From Fimbriimonadia bacterium (GTDB lineage: Bacteria; Armatimonadota; Fimbriimonadia; Fimbriimonadales; JABRVX01), in the NCBI GenBank assembly GCA_041483895.1, contig JBGPGO010000032.1, forward strand, positions 1 to 17,539: 17,539 bases of DNA. Direction: 5' to 3'. The notes beneath the pieces were generated by a model that was given only the letters and a program-made list of their open reading frames with translations, did not search any database and had not been told where the DNA came from. This document shows, piece after piece, positions 15,197-17,539 of the stretch. The position numbers were made by a program, and so were the translations under genes. Each line of letters starts with the position of its first letter. Position 1 is the stretch's first letter.

Positions 15197-17242
15197 CTAA
15201 CCTCCTCCCGGCTTCTCATATTCCCGCTTGGCCTTTTCGACCGCCTTTGCAAAGTCGGTATCGGGGTTCGATGGGTCAATCGGATCTCGATTTCGGATTC
15301 GGAAGCAGTAGAGTGTTGCTGACTGTTGAATTGCGCCCGGAACTTCCCCCGCATCAGAGCCGCTTATCCAGCCGCCGTAGAACCACCCTTCGGCGTCATA
15401 AATGAAGGCGAAATGCTCCTTGCCATCGATCATTGATCCCACCGCTAGATTAATCGGTCCCAACAGCATTCCGCCCGGCGGATAAAATTGGCCATAGGAA
15501 AATGACTCAACTTGTAGATTGTAATTGAGCATGGCATAAGGGACGGTATCCTGTTTCGGGAAGCTCACTGTGACGTCGGAAGTATCTAGCTGACTCGGTA
15601 TGTCCGTGGGATCGAATATGTTCCACGAAGCGGACGTCAAGCATTCCACCACCAGCTGTCGCTGGTCTGGCCGCAGGCCGGAGACTGCAAGTCCATCTTT
15701 CGTCGCGCGTGTCTTTTGAACCGGGTCCAACGACGCCCAAAGCTTAAGATACTGCACCGGCACGAAATTGATCACCAGATCGTCGTAGCACCTGCCGAGA
15801 ACATTCCGAAGCCCAGAAGTCTGCGGAAATGTGAGATGATTCCATACCTCAGCAATCGTATCCAATGGAATTGCATGATTCGGATAGAGAATTTCGTAGA
15901 GCTTCTTGAGCGTGCCGCGGTTGGCGGTGTCCAAAAAATTTTCGAGTCCGCCATTCGAAAGTGGCTGCGGCCTGCCATACATCCAATGGGAGTCAGCGTC
16001 CATGACCATCGGGTAGCCGTACCAGTTCGCGAGCGCCTGTTTGATCGTTTTCGCGTTCGCAGGGACAGAAAGGGTGAGCATGCAGTCGCACACGGGCGTG
16101 ATCACCGAGCGATCGCTATGACTGGCGATAGCGGTAAGTAGCGGCTGCACGACGATAGAGAGCGGTTCGAGGAATTCCCTCTTCTCGTGGCTATTCAGCC
16201 ACTTTCGGTAATAGTTGGGAAATGCGCGAGTCCCTGTATCTCCGAGCTTTGCCAAATCGCTCGGAATCTCAAACGGCCGATCGAAGACAGAATCGTTGGA
16301 GCACCACGGATCCGGCTTATGCTCGGTTCGGTCGATCATGAACATCTGGACATCATTCATTTGAACAAAGGGATGATTTGCGCGATTGAGGAGCATTGCG
16401 TCAATCGAAAAGCCATCCTGTTCGGAGTAATGGAACAAAACTTTGAATCGATCGATCTCTGTATCCTTAGAGTTGTTCGCATGCGAACCACCGATCCGGT
16501 ACTCACCTCGGCGACCGACAGAGAATCCTACCGGAGTGTCCTTGACTGAATCGTTCCATCCAACTAGATCGGTCATCGCCAAGCCATGCAACTGGCGCTG
16601 CTTCGCCGACGGCTTTGTGGAATAGACGAGCGTGCCCTCATCCACCAGCTTCCACCAATCGTTGTCCTTCCACTTCTCGGCGACCTCGATGGCAATTCGC
16701 ATCGGGTAATTGGACAGCAGCCCGTACGCGTATCCGGGAATGTCGGCGCCAAAATCGTGAATTCTCTGGTCCGGAGGTTTGAGGTACTCGTTCATCACGC
16801 GATCTCGCTCGCCTTGCGGCACTTTGAGAGCTTTTACAAGCGCATCAACAAACTGCTTCGCATTCTCGATTTCCGCTGCCTTCCGCGCCCGAGAAACATT
16901 CTCAATCTTTCGCTTTTGTTCTGGATTGGGCTTTAGCGCATATCTGGGAGACTCCGGAAGGCTGTCCTGATACCAGGTCAGATCGAAGACCTTGGCCAGT
17001 TGGTTCATCACGTCGAAGAGGGGCCGGTCGCGGGGCCAGAGGAACACCATCCAGTTCTCAATCGTGTGGTCGACGGAGAACTTGACGCCGGTTTTTTCGG
17101 TGAGCTTGGGCATCAGTTCGGCGAGCGGCAGGCAGCCGAAGTTCTCGTTGATATTCTGCTGCAGGCGTTCGTCCTTCGGCCCTTGCGCGGCGCAGGCGAG
17201 CGCGACGACAATGATTCCGATAACCACAAACGTTCTACCCAT
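15197..17242 (-). CDS. Exported hypothetical protein with N-terminal STN/secretin-N0-like module, paralog A (~681 aa)
   Basis: GGAGG at 17251-17247 before ATG 17245/17242, hydrophobic signal peptide, DERLQQNINENFGCLPLAELMPKLTEKTGVKF. The ORF-track extension to 17500 runs through repeats and is not accepted. Confidence 0.85.
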   Translation of the reverse strand: MGRTFVVIGIIVVALACAAQGPKDERLQQNINENFGCLPLAELMPKLTEKTGVKFSVDHTIENWMVFLWPRDRPLFDVMNQLAKVFDLTWYQDSLPESPRYALKPNPEQKRKIENVSRARKAAEIENAKQFVDALVKALKVPQGERDRVMNEYLKPPDQRIHDFGADIPGYAYGLLSNYPMRIAIEVAEKWKDNDWWKLVDEGTLVYSTKPSAKQRQLHGLAMTDLVGWNDSVKDTPVGFSVGRRGEYRIGGSHANNSKDTEIDRFKVLFHYSEQDGFSIDAMLLNRANHPFVQMNDVQMFMIDRTEHKPDPWCSNDSVFDRPFEIPSDLAKLGDTGTRAFPNYYRKWLNSHEKREFLEPLSIVVQPLLTAIASHSDRSVITPVCDCMLTLSVPANAKTIKQALANWYGYPMVMDADSHWMYGRPQPLSNGGLENFLDTANRGTLKKLYEILYPNHAIPLDTIAEVWNHLTFPQTSGLRNVLGRCYDDLVINFVPVQYLKLWASLDPVQKTRATKDGLAVSGLRPDQRQLVVECLTSASWNIFDPTDIPSQLDTSDVTVSFPKQDTVPYAMLNYNLQVESFSYGQFYPPGGMLLGPINLAVGSMIDGKEHFAFIYDAEGWFYGGWISGSDAGEVPGAIQQSATLYCFRIRNRDPIDPSNPDTDFAKAVEKAKREYEKPGGG

Positions 17243-17258
17243 CATGCCTCCGTCTTGC

Positions 17259-17417
17259 TGCCCCGATGTGCCGGGGTCTTCGGGCGTCGTCGATCGCCTG
17301 TGCCCCGATGTGCCGGGGTCTTTGGACGTCGTCGATCGCCTGTGCCCCGATGTGCCGGGGTCTTCGGGCGTCGTCGATCGCCGGGTATTGCCATGCGAGG
17401 ACCCCGGCACATCGCGG
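17259..17417. repeat. REP-like array: three tandem 42-bp units plus one inverted partial copy
   Basis: Unit TGCCCCGATGTGCCGGGGTCTTCGGGCGTCGTCGATCGCCTG at 17259, 17301 (two substitutions) and 17343 (40 nt). Inverted core CGAGGACCCCGGCACATCGCGG at 17396-17417. Confidence 0.9.
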
Positions 17418-17422
17418 AATTT

Positions 17423-17448
17423 CCCCCACCCTAACCCTCCCCCGCAAG
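17423..17448 (+). repeat. Left half of a CCCCCACCCTAACCCTCCCCCGCAAG-type extragenic palindromic repeat
   Basis: Matches a widespread repeat that I recall continuing as CGGGGGAGGG to close a hairpin. Here the right arm is absent and TGT follows directly. Confidence 0.6.
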
Positions 17449-17539
17449 TGTTCAGACTGGATAGATCGTTGACACATGTTCGGAGACATCGTTGACACAA
17501 TGGAGGTATGCCATGGAGGAAATCGACGGTGGAACTGCA
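17449..17539 (+). mobile_element. Left end of a probable IS481-family insertion sequence
   Basis: Begins TGT, carries ATCGTTGACACA twice (17465-17476 and 17488-17499), and is followed by an ORF starting MPWRKSTVEL. Confidence 0.7.
17508..17539 (+). CDS. Probable IS481-family transposase, first 10 codons
   Basis: ATG CCA TGG AGG AAA TCG ACG GTG GAA CTG gives MPWRKSTVEL, resembling the MPWK/R N-terminus of many IS481 transposases. GGAGG lies only 1 nt upstream, so the start is uncertain. Confidence 0.55.
   Translation, partial: MPWRKSTVEL

Noticed and set aside
15193..15354. N-terminal extension of paralog B
   Set aside because: It overlaps the end of paralog A. A strong GGAGGAGG and the signal peptide support ATG 15192.
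17259..17382. CRISPR array
   Set aside because: The units are near-identical over their full 42 bp, with no unique spacers and no cas genes in the window.
17246..17500. Repeat-encoded N-terminal extension of paralog A
   Set aside because: It starts at a TTG inside the IS end and crosses the repeats. The signal peptide and GGAGG point to a start at 17242/17245.

Overview
GC-rich bacterial chromosomal window, probably Armatimonadota (inferred from the FTLIELLVVIAIIAILAAILFPVFAQAK-type prepilin-like gene and the STN-like paralog pair). Left to right: the 5' part of a secreted hypothetical protein (-) with a near-consensus sigma70 promoter; a Bacillus-type prkA-yhbH-spoVR operon (-); a ~550-bp divergent control region holding a candidate 33-aa uORF, ECF-like promoters and a 14-nt duplicate of the prkA start region; a small exported protein (+); a three-gene signalling cluster (+) made of a membrane PAS-PAS hybrid histidine kinase broken by a single in-frame TAG inside its ATPase domain, a REC-PAS histidine kinase with a degenerate GGDEF-like tail, and a single-domain response regulator; a hairpin-rich intergenic region; a prepilin/DUF1559-like gene (-); two tandem paralogous ~680-aa exported proteins (-); a 42-bp REP-like tandem array; and the left end of a probable IS481-family element that appears to have inserted into the loop of a REP-like hairpin. 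All calls are from reading the sequence; no database search was run.
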